Part shown: positions 9,848 through 21,340 of the stretch, piece by piece
How positions within the stretch are numbered: the stretch's first letter is position 1
Layout: each line of letters starts with the position of its first letter
Assembly (NCBI RefSeq): GCF_001194135.2
Contig: NC_068990.1
Coordinates: forward strand, 54,527,784 to 54,563,720
Length of the DNA stretch: 35,937 nt
Origin: Octopus bimaculoides
Taxonomy: Eukaryota
Direction: 5' to 3'
Notes under the pieces: generated by a model
Seen by the model: the letters and a program-made list of their open reading frames with translations, nothing else
Database searches by the model: none
Told to the model about the DNA's origin: nothing
Program-made: the position numbers and the translations under genes

Positions 9848-11659
9848 CTTTTTTCATTTTATTTGTAAAAAATGTTTAAAAAATAAAAACAAATATAAAT
9901 AAGAAACAATATGTACCTGTATATATGTGAAGGTATGTATGCATTTTTGATGTACATGCATGATTGTGTGTGTGTATAAAAATATACATACATAAACATA
10001 TATATGGTTGTATTTACATGCGACTACTAGGATGATTTTCATTACCCAATAATATATTTAAATGAATTCTAGTTTCTAACTTTTGAAGGCTCAATATCTT
10101 ATTAAACATTTTTCTGTAAAACAACAATTTGTTTTTGAAAAATTTAAAGTCTGAACATTTTGTTGAACCCTTTTACTGTAAAAAAGGAAATTTTTTCCAT
10201 TTAAATTTCTTGTTTTTTAAGATTATAATATATCATTTATTATTTAGATTATCATTCAAGTACCATTGCCATCATTAACCCAATTTTTGGTTCACCTCCA
10301 TACCACATTAAGGTGATTATTGGTTTTTATGGGGGTAAGGTCACCACTGATTTTTAATTTTTATTTTATAATGTACAGAAAACATATCTGATTATTTAGC
10401 CCCAGATCACTCCTGAGCTAGCAGACCTATGATCAAAGATGTTTCAGCTTGACCAGCCATTCTGTCTTTCTGAGACAGTACGAATAGAAATACATCATCA
10501 AATGTATCTTTTCTAAGAGACAATAGGAAGAGATTTGAAGACAATCTGGCTGCTATTTCTAACACCTTGAGTGATCATGTTGTCTCCATAATAATACCTG
10601 TACCTCCCTCTGTTCATGCTATTCAGGTTACCCTTGAGCTCAGTGAAAAAGAAAACAAGTACTAATTTAATGAATTAACAAGAATTCGGACAGTGTTAAT
10701 TAAATTTGACCTGGCAATGATCACCGGAAAGAAGAGACAAGACATAACTAGAGAGAAGTCATGACCCGGTGGATGGTTTAACTTCTCTAGTATTGTGATA
10801 TAGAGAGGAAAAGGTAGAGTAGACAGGAAAGAAAGGGTAGGAGGAAAAGTGTAAAAGAGACAGCTGAACAAAATGTGGATATGAAGAGGTTCTTGAGAAG
10901 ATAATGTTAAAAAGATTTTTATTATTATTATAATTATAATTATTAATTATTATGTTATAAAATTTATATGAAAATAAAGGTTATAATACAATGAATATTT
11001 TAACAGAAAGTATATGCAATTTTAAACAAGTTTAAGAATGTTAATGGAAATTAAAAAATAAAAAAAATTGATATTTCTAATGTGTGGCGAGGTTATGGAA
11101 TTATAGCCAAGGTCTGTTTGAGATTGACTCAACATTTTGTTGGGTCAAGCATGTCCATAAAAGATTTTAACTTCAGACTAAAATTGCAGTAACTTGCCTG
11201 CAAACAGTGTATATATACACTAAGTATGATATATAGATGGTTAGTACAGCTGATGATTCACCAGCCACAAACTTATATCAGCTGTAGGTATTATTTTTCA
11301 GCAGAATATTTGATTCCTCAGAGCAATAATCATCTGGCCAATATGTGTTAGAATCTTCTAGAGAGGGCTCCTGTGATAATTTGGTTTCTTATCAAAGGGA
11401 TTATTCATCTGATTTATCTGATTTATTCTTTTTAAATCTACTGTATATTTTAGTATCTGAATGGATGTAGTAGGCGGACATGATGGACAGTTTGACAAGA
11501 AGTCAAGGTAAGTGGAGCATTAAGTAAAGAGATAAGGCATACCTTATCTCTTTAGTGCACACATTAAATAGATATTGTAAGTAGGAGGAAAATGATATAT
11601 GGGAGGGTTGAATTCTTTACAAAACTAGATCTGATGTAGGATTGAGACACTAACAGTGA

Positions 11660-11945
11660 CAACAACAATGATGATGATGATGATGATGGCACTGTAGACA
11701 ACAATAGTGTCTATAATGGAGAGAACTGGAACTGGAAACTCTAATGATGACAATGATGATTATGAAGATAATGGTGAAGATGGAGATGACTATATTGGAA
11801 AGAACTGGAAGATATAAAGATGATGATGATGATGATGATGAAGGTAATGATGGTAGTGATAATGAAGATGATAAAAATGACAATGGCAGTGATGATAACA
11901 ATGAAAATACCAAGAACAATGACAATGCTGATGATAGTAATAATG
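11660..11945. repeat. Degenerate (GAT/AAT)n tract
   Basis: Direct inspection. Confidence 0.85.
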
Positions 11946-12148
11946 ATTTCAAATGTTTGTTACAAGGGCAGTTTGGGGGAGGTTGATTAAGTTGATTACA
12001 TTGACCCCAATGTTTCACTGGTTCTTAATTTATCGACCCAGAAAGGATGCAAGGCAAAGTCAACCTTGGCAGGATTTGAACTCAGAATGCAGTGACAGGC
12101 AAAATATCACTAAGCATTCCATCTGGTGTGCTAACAATTCTGCCTGCT
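11946..12148 (-). mobile_element. SINE family 1 copy
   Basis: tttatcgacccagaaaggatg..gtcaacc..atttgaactcagaatg. Confidence 0.75.
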
Positions 12149-12256
12149 GATGATAGCAATAATGATAATTATAATTATGAATATAATCATAATAATAAAG
12201 ATGACAATGACTTTTGCATGTCTGTTAACTTTAAGTATTTTTCAAAAACGTATTAC

Positions 12257-12420
12257 CTGTAACTGAGCCCGACACAATTTCTCAAAGTCATAGTAACCTA
12301 TCCATTTTGGTGGTGGGCGAATCAATGGATGCAAAACTTGTTTGTTACTAGATTTCTGAAGATAATTCCGTAATTCTGTCTGCAACTGATTGTCATGGAT
12401 ACCACTCCCATTCTTCTTGA
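12257..12420 (-). CDS. P4HA: P4HA paralog B exon 5 (/V-KKNGSGIHDNQ...YYDFEKLCRAQLQ)
   Basis: tttttcag|TC acceptor, CAG|gtaata donor, 164 nt, phase 1-0; FEKLCR matches the conserved YEMLCR. Confidence 0.88.
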
Positions 12421-12586
12421 CTGAAAAAATATCAACTCCTTAATTCTTTAGAAGGTTCTGATGATGCCAAAATCAGCACCATAACTTTGACAAAGTTGTT
12501 ATTTCAATATATTGCTGTTGTTGTTGTTTATTTGTCATTTCTCTAATTGTATGGTTAGTAATGTTACAACTGTGATGTTTGATATA

Positions 12587-12794
12587 CAAGGGGATGCTGA
12601 AAAGTTCCTGGCTTTAAGGGTATGGTGAAAGGCATGGTTGGAGGCCTAACCTTCTGAGTTCTTTTACTGGGCTTAGTAAAACTGAAGGACTGCTGCAATA
12701 AGTGAGTGAATCTGAGAGGCGAATATTTTGAATGATTAATTTATCTTCATGTATTATCTTTTATCCAAAGCCAAGGACTTTTCAGTACCCCCTC

Positions 12795-12795
<1 letters not shown>
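12587..12795 (+). mobile_element. Mariner-derived MITE (about 209 bp), TA target-site duplication
   Basis: TIRs caaggggatgctgaaaagttcctggcttt / aaagccaaggacttttcagtaccccctcg flanked by TA; keeps transposase tail (NLRGEYFE*). Confidence 0.85.
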
Positions 12796-12834
<39 letters not shown>

Positions 12835-12835
<1 letters not shown>

Positions 12836-12972
12836 AAGCATGGTTGAGTATTGCCTCTCAACCACATGGTTTCAGCTTCTCACTACATGTCACAAGTGTG
12901 TTCTGCTATAAGCTCAGGCTGACCAAAGTCTTGTGATTGAATTTGGCAGGCAGAAGTTTCAGTTGTGTTTCT
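12835..12972 (+). mobile_element. SINE family 2 head, cut by gap
   Basis: caaccacatggttt..caagtgtgttctgctata..gctgaccaaagtcttgtgattgaatttgg. Confidence 0.6.
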
Positions 12973-13649
12973 NNNNNNNNNNNNNNNNNNNNNNNNNNNN
13001 NNNNNNNNNNNNNNNNNNNNNNNNNNNNNNNNNNNNNNNNNNNNNNNNNNNNNNNNNNNNNNNNNNNNNNNNNNNNNNNNNNNNNNNNNNNNNNNNNNNN
13101 NNNNNNNNNNNNNNNNNNNNNNNNNNNNNNNNNNNNNNNNNNNNNNNNNNNNNNNNNNNNNNNNNNNNNNNNNNNNNNNNNNNNNNNNNNNNNNNNNNNN
13201 NNNNNNNNNNNNNNNNNNNNNNNNNNNNNNNNNNNNNNNNNNNNNNNNNNNNNNNNNNNNNNNNNNNNNNNNNNNNNNNNNNNNNNNNNNNNNNNNNNNN
13301 NNNNNNNNNNNNNNNNNNNNNNNNNNNNNNNNNNNNNNNNNNNNNNNNNNNNNNNNNNNNNNNNNNNNNNNNNNNNNNNNNNNNNNNNNNNNNNNNNNNN
13401 NNNNNNNNNNNNNNNNNNNNNTATTAAGACCTAAAAAGTTCTCAGACACAAGATGTGATCTATTTCTAGCGCATTAATTGTCCACGTTAGTGGTCGACGT
13501 TATTTTTTAAAATGTACCTTAATCCCCTGAGATTGCAGATAATATTTCTGAATCTCTTTGATTCTTTAAATGTGCTGGCCCCCTGATAATTAATCGATAT
13601 TAATTAATATATTAATATATGACTAATTACCAGATCTTATAATTATATA

Positions 13650-13982
13650 GATAGATAGATAGATAGATAGATTGATAGATATGGCCAGTCTATGGGGTTA
13701 CTCTGGGTTTCACGTCCATAAAGCAGTTAGCTTTACAGCATTTCTTCAAACCCTAGGCCTATGGCCTCTTTAGCAAGTGCCCTCTCTAGCAAGTACCCTC
13801 TCTAGCAAGTGCCCTCTCTAGAAAATGGACGAGGAAAAAACTTCATTACTCTATGTCAACAAGTCTTTTCCTCCTCCATAGGCCTAGGGTCTGAAAAAAA
13901 AAGATGCTGTAAACCTAAGTGGTTTATGGATGTGAATCTAAGAGTAACTGCATAGACCGGTTATATCTATCTTTATCTATAT
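13650..13982. mobile_element. Foldback/long-TIR MITE with internal 3 x 16-bp tandem repeat
   Basis: About 80-bp arms (13683-13765 vs 13878-13960) plus flanking (GATA)n/(TATC)n; tagcaagt(g/a)ccctctc x3 at 13771-13818. Confidence 0.75.
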
Positions 13983-14190
13983 ACTCTACTGCTCTATACC
14001 TTAGAGTGTGCTTCTTTTTTGGTTTTATAATTTACCAACGATGTGTGTGTGTGTGTGTGTGTGTGTTATGCTAAGAAATGGTGCACAATACCAGAATTTT
14101 CAATGTTTTAACCAAGGAAGGTCTTATGTAATGGATGGATTTCCTATTATATATTCCACAGACCTGAAATATACATATTAAATGATTTGT

Positions 14191-14221
<31 letters not shown>

Positions 14222-14384
14222 CATAGTTCAAATTTACAGAAAACAAAAGACAAAGACAGGTGAGAGAATAACAAGTGGGTGCATTAGTTTAATGCTTGGG
14301 AAGAATGGAAAAGTCTTTGACATGTTGAGCCTATGCTCTTCAACAGAAAAAATTGAGGGGAAAGAAAATGGAGAGAGAATGTAT

Positions 14385-14990
14385 ATATCATCATTATCAT
14401 TGTCATTTAATGTCCATTGTCCATGTTTGCATGGGTTGGACGATTTGACCAGTGCTGACAAACTGGAAGGCTGCACCAGATTTTAGTCTGATTTGGCATG
14501 ATTTCTATGGCTGGATGCCCTTCATAAACACCAAGAAAGTAACGGGTGCTTTCACATGCCACCAGTATGAATGCCATTTGCATAAAACCAGTATCTGCCA
14601 CAGCTGCAATTTTACTTGGCTTAATGAGTCTTCTTCTCAAGCATGACATAATGCCAAAGGTCTCGGTCATTGCCTCCATGAGGCCCAACACTCAAAAAGA
14701 ACTTTGCATGTGTCACCGGCATCAGCCATTTTGTCTCCATGAGGCCCAATGCTCAACCAGTGCTCTTTACATGCCACTGGCATAGATGCCAGTTACCTGA
14801 CACCAACATCAGCCATGACTACAATTTCACTTGACTTGATGGGTCTTCTCAAGCACAGCACATCGCCAAAGGTCTTGGTCATTGATCATTTCCTCTGTGA
14901 GGCTCAAAGTTTGAAGATCATACTTCACCACCTTGTCCCATATCTTCCTGGATCTACCTCTACCATAGGCTCCCTCCACAGTTAAAGATC
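14385..14990 (-). mobile_element. RTE 3'-end fragment in opposite orientation, abutting the + strand RTE
   Basis: Reverse complement resembles 15945-16730; ends in catcattatcat tail and the ccatg..gcatgggttggacg terminus. Confidence 0.8.
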
Positions 14991-14991
14991 A

Positions 14992-16736
14992 GCTGTCCAC
15001 GTCCATATGCAAGGGTTGGTAACAAGTATCGCGAAAAATTCAGGGTACAAGTAGGTTCATCAAGGATCAATCCTCAGCCCCCTCTTGTTCATCATAGTCC
15101 TCTAGACTATAACAGAGGAATTCAAGACAGGATGCCCCTGGGAGCTCCTCTATGCTGATGACCTTGCCCTTATAGCTGAATCACTACCAGGACTAGAAAA
15201 GAAGTTTCAGGTATGGAAGCAAGGTCTAGAATCGAAGGGCCTTAGAGTTAACCTAGCAAAAGCAAAAGTTTTAGTGAGTAGGAAGGCAGACAAATCCCAA
15301 ATCCCTTCTGGTAGATGGCTCTGCTCGATTTGTAGAAAAAGCGTTGGTAGAAACTTCATAAGATGTACCCGGTGTAAGCTATGGACACATAAGAAGTGCA
15401 GCAATATCAGAGGAAGGTTAACAGGAAAAATAGTTTTTGTGTATGGAAGGTGCACAGGTACAATAAACACCAAAAATGTACAAAAAATAGATTCCATCAC
15501 ATGCCAGTGGGGATAACTAGAAGTAGTCGATATCTTCTGTTACCTACGTGACCAAGTCAGTAGCAGGGTTGATACTCTGAGAGCATAGCTGCAAGAATAA
15601 GAATAGCCTGGGCAAAGTTCAGAGAGCTCCGAACTTTGTTGGTAACAAAGGGCCTCTCACTCAGAGTGAAAGGCAGACTGTATGATGTCTGTGTATGAAT
15701 AGCCATGCTACATGGTAATGAAACATGGGCTGTGATTGCTGAGGACATGCATGGGCTTGTAAGAAATGAAGCTAGTATGCTCCGCTGGATGTGTAATGTC
15801 AGTGTGCATGCATGACAAAGTGTATGTGTCCTGAGAGAAAAGTTGGACATAAGAAGCATCAGATGTAGTGTGTAAGAGAGACGACTCATTATTATGGTCA
15901 CATGATGCGTATGGATGAGGACAGCTGTGTGAAGAAATGTCACACTCTAACGGTGGAGGGAACCTGTGGAAGAGCTAGACCTGGGAAGACATGGGATGAG
16001 GTGGCGAAGAACGATCTTTGAATGTTGGGCTTCGCAGAGGCAATGACATATGCTGTCAAGCCAAGTGAGATCGTAGTCATGGCTGGTGCCAGTGATGGTT
16101 AACTGGTCCATTAAAAGAACCCTTCAATTATTGGGTAATGTGCTGTGCTTGTGAAGACCTGTTGAATAGAGTGAAATCTTAGTTGTGGTCAATGCCAGTG
16201 CCATCTGACTGGCACCCATACTGGTGGCATGTAAAGTGTACCGTTCGGGTGTTGGGCCTCATGGAGATAGTGATGTGAAGCCGAGTGAGATCATAGTCAT
16301 GGCCAATGCTAGTGTCGCATAACTAGCCTGTTAAAAGCACCCTTCAATCGTTGGGCGATATGTTATGCATGTGAAGATCTGTTGGACCGAATGAAATTTT
16401 TGTTGTGGCCGATGCCAGTGCCATCTAACTGGCATGTAAAAAGCACTATTCAAGCATTGGGCAGTGAAAGGTGACCAAGACCCTTGGTATTATATCATGC
16501 TTGTGTGGGCCTGTCAAGCCAAGTGAGACTGTAGTTGTGGCTGATGTTGGCGTCAGGTCAATGGCATCCATGCTGGCGGTACATAAAAATCCCCCACTAC
16601 ACTTTCAGAGTGGTTGGTGTCAGGAAAGGCATCCAGCCATAAAACCTTGCCAAATCAGATGGGAACCTGGTGCAGGTCTCCGGCTTACCAGTTTTCAGTC
16701 AAGCTGTCCAAACCATATGATGATGATGATGATGAT
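14992..16736 (+). mobile_element. RTE-clade LINE, 5'-truncated 3' half (RT C-terminus, repetitive 3' UTR, (GAT)n tail), decayed
   Basis: LFIIVL..ITEEFKTGCPWELLYADDL, GLRVNLAKAKV, KFREL..LLVTKGLSLRVKGRLY, with stops; tail gatgatgat at 16717-16736. Confidence 0.9.
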
Positions 16737-17043
16737 AACCAAGAGAGAGAGAGAGAGAGTGGCCCAATTCTATCTCATTATTTTTATTACTATTCTNNNN
16801 NNNNNNNNNNNNNNNNNNNNNNNNNNNNNNNNNNNNNNNNNNNNNNNNNNNNNNNNNNNNNNNNNNNNNNNNNNNNNNNNNNNNNNNNNNNNNNNNNNNN
16901 NNNNNNNNNNNNNNNNNNNNNNNNNNNNNNNNNNNNNNNNNNNNNNNNNNNNNNNNNNNNNNNNNNNNNNNNNNNNNNNNNNNNNNNNNNNNNNNNNNNN
17001 NNNNNNNNNNNNNNNNNNNNNNNNNNNNNNNNNNNNNNNNNNN

Positions 17044-19190
17044 ATAAAATGATGGTGCAGTGTATGCAGGTTGAAGGCTATTCTATGGTTATGAGTTCTG
17101 CCAAATGCAAGCTTTCTTTTCAGGTACCTGATGCGGCTGTCTCTCATCCCAGGGTTACACAGGTCCACACCTTCCACACCCTCAGAGTTGGGACACTTAA
17201 TGTTGGCATATTGAAAGGTAGGTCCGGTGAGATTGTTGAGATGTTTGAACGGAAATGTGTAGATCTGTGCTGCATCCAAGAAGTAAGATGGAGAAGTTCT
17301 GCTAGGTTCCTCACAGGCAAAGAACATAGGTATAAGATTTTCTGGGTAAAGAACACTGACAGGTTTGGGGACGTGGGTATACTTCGTGTGGAGAAATGGG
17401 TTGATTAGGTAATTGAGGTAGACAGAGTCTGTGATAGAATACTTAAGCTTAGATTAGTGCTGCAACATGGATTAGCAACCGTTATCTCAGCTTATGCCCC
17501 TCAGCCAGGACTACATGATAAGGACCTTCTCTTTGTGGCTGGTGACTTCAATGGGCATGTTGGACAACATGCAGGGGGCTTCCATGGCATACATGGTGGC
17601 TATGGTTTTGGTTCTTGCAATGAGGAGAGAACCAGGCTGCTGGAGTTCTGTGATGCAAATGATTTTATGGTTTGCAATACCAACTTCAGGAAACCTGCCA
17701 GTCACCTAATCATCTACCAGTCTGGTGGACACACTAATCAAATTGACATCCTCGCCAAGAAACAGGAAAGATGGCTACTTATAAATGCCAAAACCTTCTC
17801 AGGTGAAGAATGCACCCACAACATAGATTAGTAGTTAACGACTTCAGGATCAGGGCTAAATGGATGCCCAGAAGACTACCAGCATGGAAAAGAAGGGTCT
17901 GGTAGCTTAAGGATCCTGTGAATGGACAGAGATTTTGAGATGTATTACTCAAAGCTTTTGACAAAATAGAGGAGGATATAGCATCATATGATGTGGAAGA
18001 CAACTGAAGGCTCCTATAGGACAACCTGTTGAGGGTTACTGATCAGATCTGTGGATGGTGCAAAGTCCCCTCTCGACCCAAGGTAACATGGTGGTGAAAC
18101 AATGTAGTTGACAGGGCCATTAGGGAAAAGAAAGGGCATGAGAAAACTGGAAGAACAGTGGTAGCAAGGAATTGTATCAGATTGCCAGAAGGGAAGCTAG
18201 GAGACAGGTTTACTTAGCCAGAGGGAAAGCAGATAAGAAAAAATTTGCCAATGTTCTGCTTCATGAGGACCAAAGACTTGAAGTGTTTCATGTTGCAAGA
18301 CAGTGTGTGAGAGAGAAATGTGATGTCATAGAAGAGAAATGTGTTCGCATAGATGATGGCTCACTTGCATTTAATGAGGCTGCAAAGAGAGAGATACTTG
18401 GAGATGCTACTATGAAAGGATGCTAAATGAAGAGAATGAATGGGAGAAAGAGAGTCTGCCGTATGTCGACCCAACAGAGGGACCAGCTATCCGAATTGAC
18501 AGTACCTTGGTAGATAAAGCAATTAAGGGTATGAAGACAGGGAAAGCCCCTGGCTCATCAGGAATCACCACAGAGATGCTCAAAATGTCTGGCGGTGTTG
18601 GCTATATTCTTGTCACCAGTATAGTCTATCAGGTAATACATAAAGGAGTCATACAAAAGTCATCACCTTTACAAAAGTAAAGGTGATGCATTAGATACGA
18701 ATAATTACAGAGGTATCAAATTGTTGGATCAGGTGATGAAAGTCACGGAGAGTGTCATAGCCCAACTAATTAGGGAGAGAGTTAGTTTAGACACGATACA
18801 GTTTGGGTTTGTGCCAGGGAAAAGCACCACTGATGCTATATTTCTGGTAAGACAGCTGCAGGAGAAATACCTAGCCAAAGTCAAACCTCTGTACCTGGCT
18901 TTCGTTGACATGGAGAAAGCCTTTGACAGGATCCCTTATCTAGTGGTCAATGCGGAAACTAGGGATAGATGAGTGGTTAGTGAGAGCTGTACAAGCCATG
19001 TATGGGGATACAATCAGTAAGGTAAGGGTTAGCAACAAGTATAGTGAAGAATTCTGGGTAGGGATAGGGGTCCACCAAGGATCAGTCCTCAGCCCCCCCC
19101 CCTCTTATTCATCATAGTCCTCCAAGCAATAACAGAGGAATTCAAGACAGGATGCCCCTGGGAGCTTCTCTATGCTGATAACCTTTCTCT
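17044..19190 (+). mobile_element. RTE-clade LINE, 5' part (APE endonuclease and RT N-terminal domains), decayed and 3'-truncated
   Basis: LRVGTLNVG..CCIQEVRW, VAGDFNGHVG, KAPGSSGI, QFGFVPGKSTTDAIF..RQLQEK..AFVDMEKAFDR, GVHQGSVLS, LYADN; several frameshifts and stops. Confidence 0.95.
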
Positions 19191-19297
19191 AATACAGGAC
19201 ATCACCAACAGTAAACATGAAATACGTGAACAAATGAACGAGAGAAACAAATGGAAAACAGGACAAGTAATATAAAGACCAACCCTTCATCAGTTGA

Positions 19298-19363
<66 letters not shown>

Positions 19364-19392
19364 TCACACACACACACATGTGTATATGTTTA

Positions 19393-20240
19393 TGATGGGG
19401 TAGCCAAAAGTAACTGGAAATGTTCTCTGTAGGACAAGCCTGTTGTAGTTCAGGCTTCTACCGCTAGAAGTCACATGATGCAACCCTCAGGCATCAGTGT
19501 GCTGACTAGTGGCATCGAGTGAAGTTGTGCTGCCACGTGGTGCATCTTTGTTTTGTAGTACTTTTCCCCTGTTTGTTGATTTTTGCAATGGTCTAAATGA
19601 AGGAACAGTATGCTTCTATGAAATTCTGTTTTCTGATGGGGAAAACAATGGGTGAAACAATTCTCAAGCTTCTAACAGCTTATAAGGACGCTGCCATGAG
19701 CAAAACACAAGCCTATGAGTGGTTTTCATGCTTTAGGAACGGTCACTTGTTGGCTAAAGATCAACCTCGTCCAGGGCGTCTGTTGACCCCCCCACCCCAA
19801 AACAAATGAAAACATCATGAAAATTCATGAACTGATCTAGGAGGACCATCACTGAACAATTGATGAACTTGTTGATATAACTGGTATGTCCAGGAGCACC
19901 TTCCAATGAATTTTAAGTAATGAATTGTGAATGGAAAGAGTTGCAGCAATATTTGTGTCTCACTTGCTCACAGAAGATCAAAAGCAATCACAACTGAATG
20001 CAATCTGTGAACTGAAAGAAGAGTTGGAAGTTGATCCAGCCATTTTTTCGAAGGTCATCACTGGTGAGGAAAGCTGGTGCTGCAGTATTTGCAGATGTAG
20101 AAGAGATGAAAAAAAACAACACTGACATTGAAAGGCATCACTTCACAAGAGTTCCAGAACTGCTCCAAAAAGTAGAAAACACATCCAGACTGATGCATTG
20201 CTTCAAATGGATGATATTCTGAAGACAATAATTATCTGAA
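19393..20240 (+). mobile_element. Decayed mariner transposon with internal deletion
   Basis: TA + tgatggggtagccaaaagtaactggaa 5' TIR-like end; KFCFLMGKT..ET..L..AY.DAAMSKTQAYEWF..F helix-turn-helix; FVSHLLT (WVPHEL-like); ITGEESW (first catalytic D altered); C-terminal CIASNG.YSE; no clear 3' TIR. Confidence 0.85.
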
Positions 20241-20541
20241 ACCTTCTTTTGAGAAAGGAGATGGTTTCTAACAAAGATACAAAGCTCCTCATCAGAATGT
20301 AAATAAAAAAACAAATTCACATTTTAAACTTGAGAAAAGTCTTGTATATTTTCACTGTTCTACTTATAGATAGTATTTTTAATGTATGAATTAGCTGGTT
20401 GATTTAATTTTATGAAAACCCTAGTTTATGATGTATGCGTGCGTGTGTGTGTGTTTGTATGTGTGTGTATGTGTGTAAAACAACTTTCTCCCTAAGATTT
20501 TTTTATTAGGTCTTCATCAATTCATTCAAAATTGTACTCAC

Positions 20542-20587
20542 CAATCAACTGTTGGACAGAATCAGCTGAAAGATCTGGTCTTCCAAG
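20542..20587 (-). CDS. P4HA: P4HA paralog B exon 4 (LGRPDLSADSVQQLI-G/)
   Basis: ttttgtag|CTT acceptor, G|gtgagt donor, 46 nt, phase 0-1; the only candidate I found that bridges exon 3 (phase 0) to exon 5 (phase 1); aligns to the TPR-like QGDLDKALLLTKKLL helix. Confidence 0.8.
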
Positions 20588-20989
20588 CTACAAAATAAAG
20601 TAAAAATCAGCCAAATATTTTCATTGAATCCATTCCATCACACACTGCACTATTTAAGAAAGCACATCTCTATCATTTTATACATCTCCAATGTTAATCC
20701 TAAGTTATTCTTTTCAGATAATGATGGTCATGATTTAAAACAGCTTAATCTTGGGCAGACATCTTAATCCTGGATTCTGAGGCAGGTGTTGTATGTGTTG
20801 CTGATATAGCACACACTTTTAGGGATCGCTTCCTCTCATCTCATTTCTGGGTGAGGTTTACCATACTGCTCATTAGTTATTTCAGTTCCTCTCTGCTAGG
20901 AGATCTGGATCAATCCAGACCCAATTGTTTTAACAGGCACTAAGGGTCCATCACCCTGGATGCTAGCTGGTGTGGGTGTGTCTCTCCAG

Positions 20990-21340
20990 GTGCCAAGTTG
21001 CAAGTCTTCTGACTTGTGGTTGATCAAATTGAAGATTTCGGATTGATCCAAATAGACCAGAACTCCATCACAGCCACATTCATTATCTACCTCTTCTATG
21101 ATGTATCAGATTGGTTAGAGGTTGTCATGGATAGATCTGCCAAGAATCACACAGACCTGCATGCTTTTGGTCACACTATATCAATGGTAAGTGCCAACCT
21201 CTTCATGAGCACCTTGGACAACATCTTAAACTCTACATACTTTGCAGAGTAATAAACCAGAAATAGTTAATGATATCACCTTTGTTTGCAGCCTTCTTCA
21301 GCTGCACCACCACTACCTGGTTAACACAATTGGAAATGTC
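20990..21340 (-). mobile_element. Decayed L1/Tx1-type reverse transcriptase fragment
   Basis: LKKAANKGDIINYFWFITL / VEFKMLSKVLMKRL..ILGRSIHDNL..LVYLDQSEIFNLINH resemble L1/Tx1 RT domains 1-3; frameshift and stops. Confidence 0.65.

Noticed and set aside
11245-11286. Hairpin containing CTGATGA, possible second hammerhead
   Set aside because: No stem II, CAAAC instead of GAAAC, and stem I register does not fit
13771-13818. Short regular repeats as a CRISPR-like array
   Set aside because: Contiguous 16-bp units without spacers, in a eukaryotic intron
14092-14163. AG-GT bounded 72-nt open segment on the minus strand (VCGIYNRK..KIL)
   Set aside because: Phase 0-0 inside a phase-1 intron; read in the required phase it hits TAA; no homology
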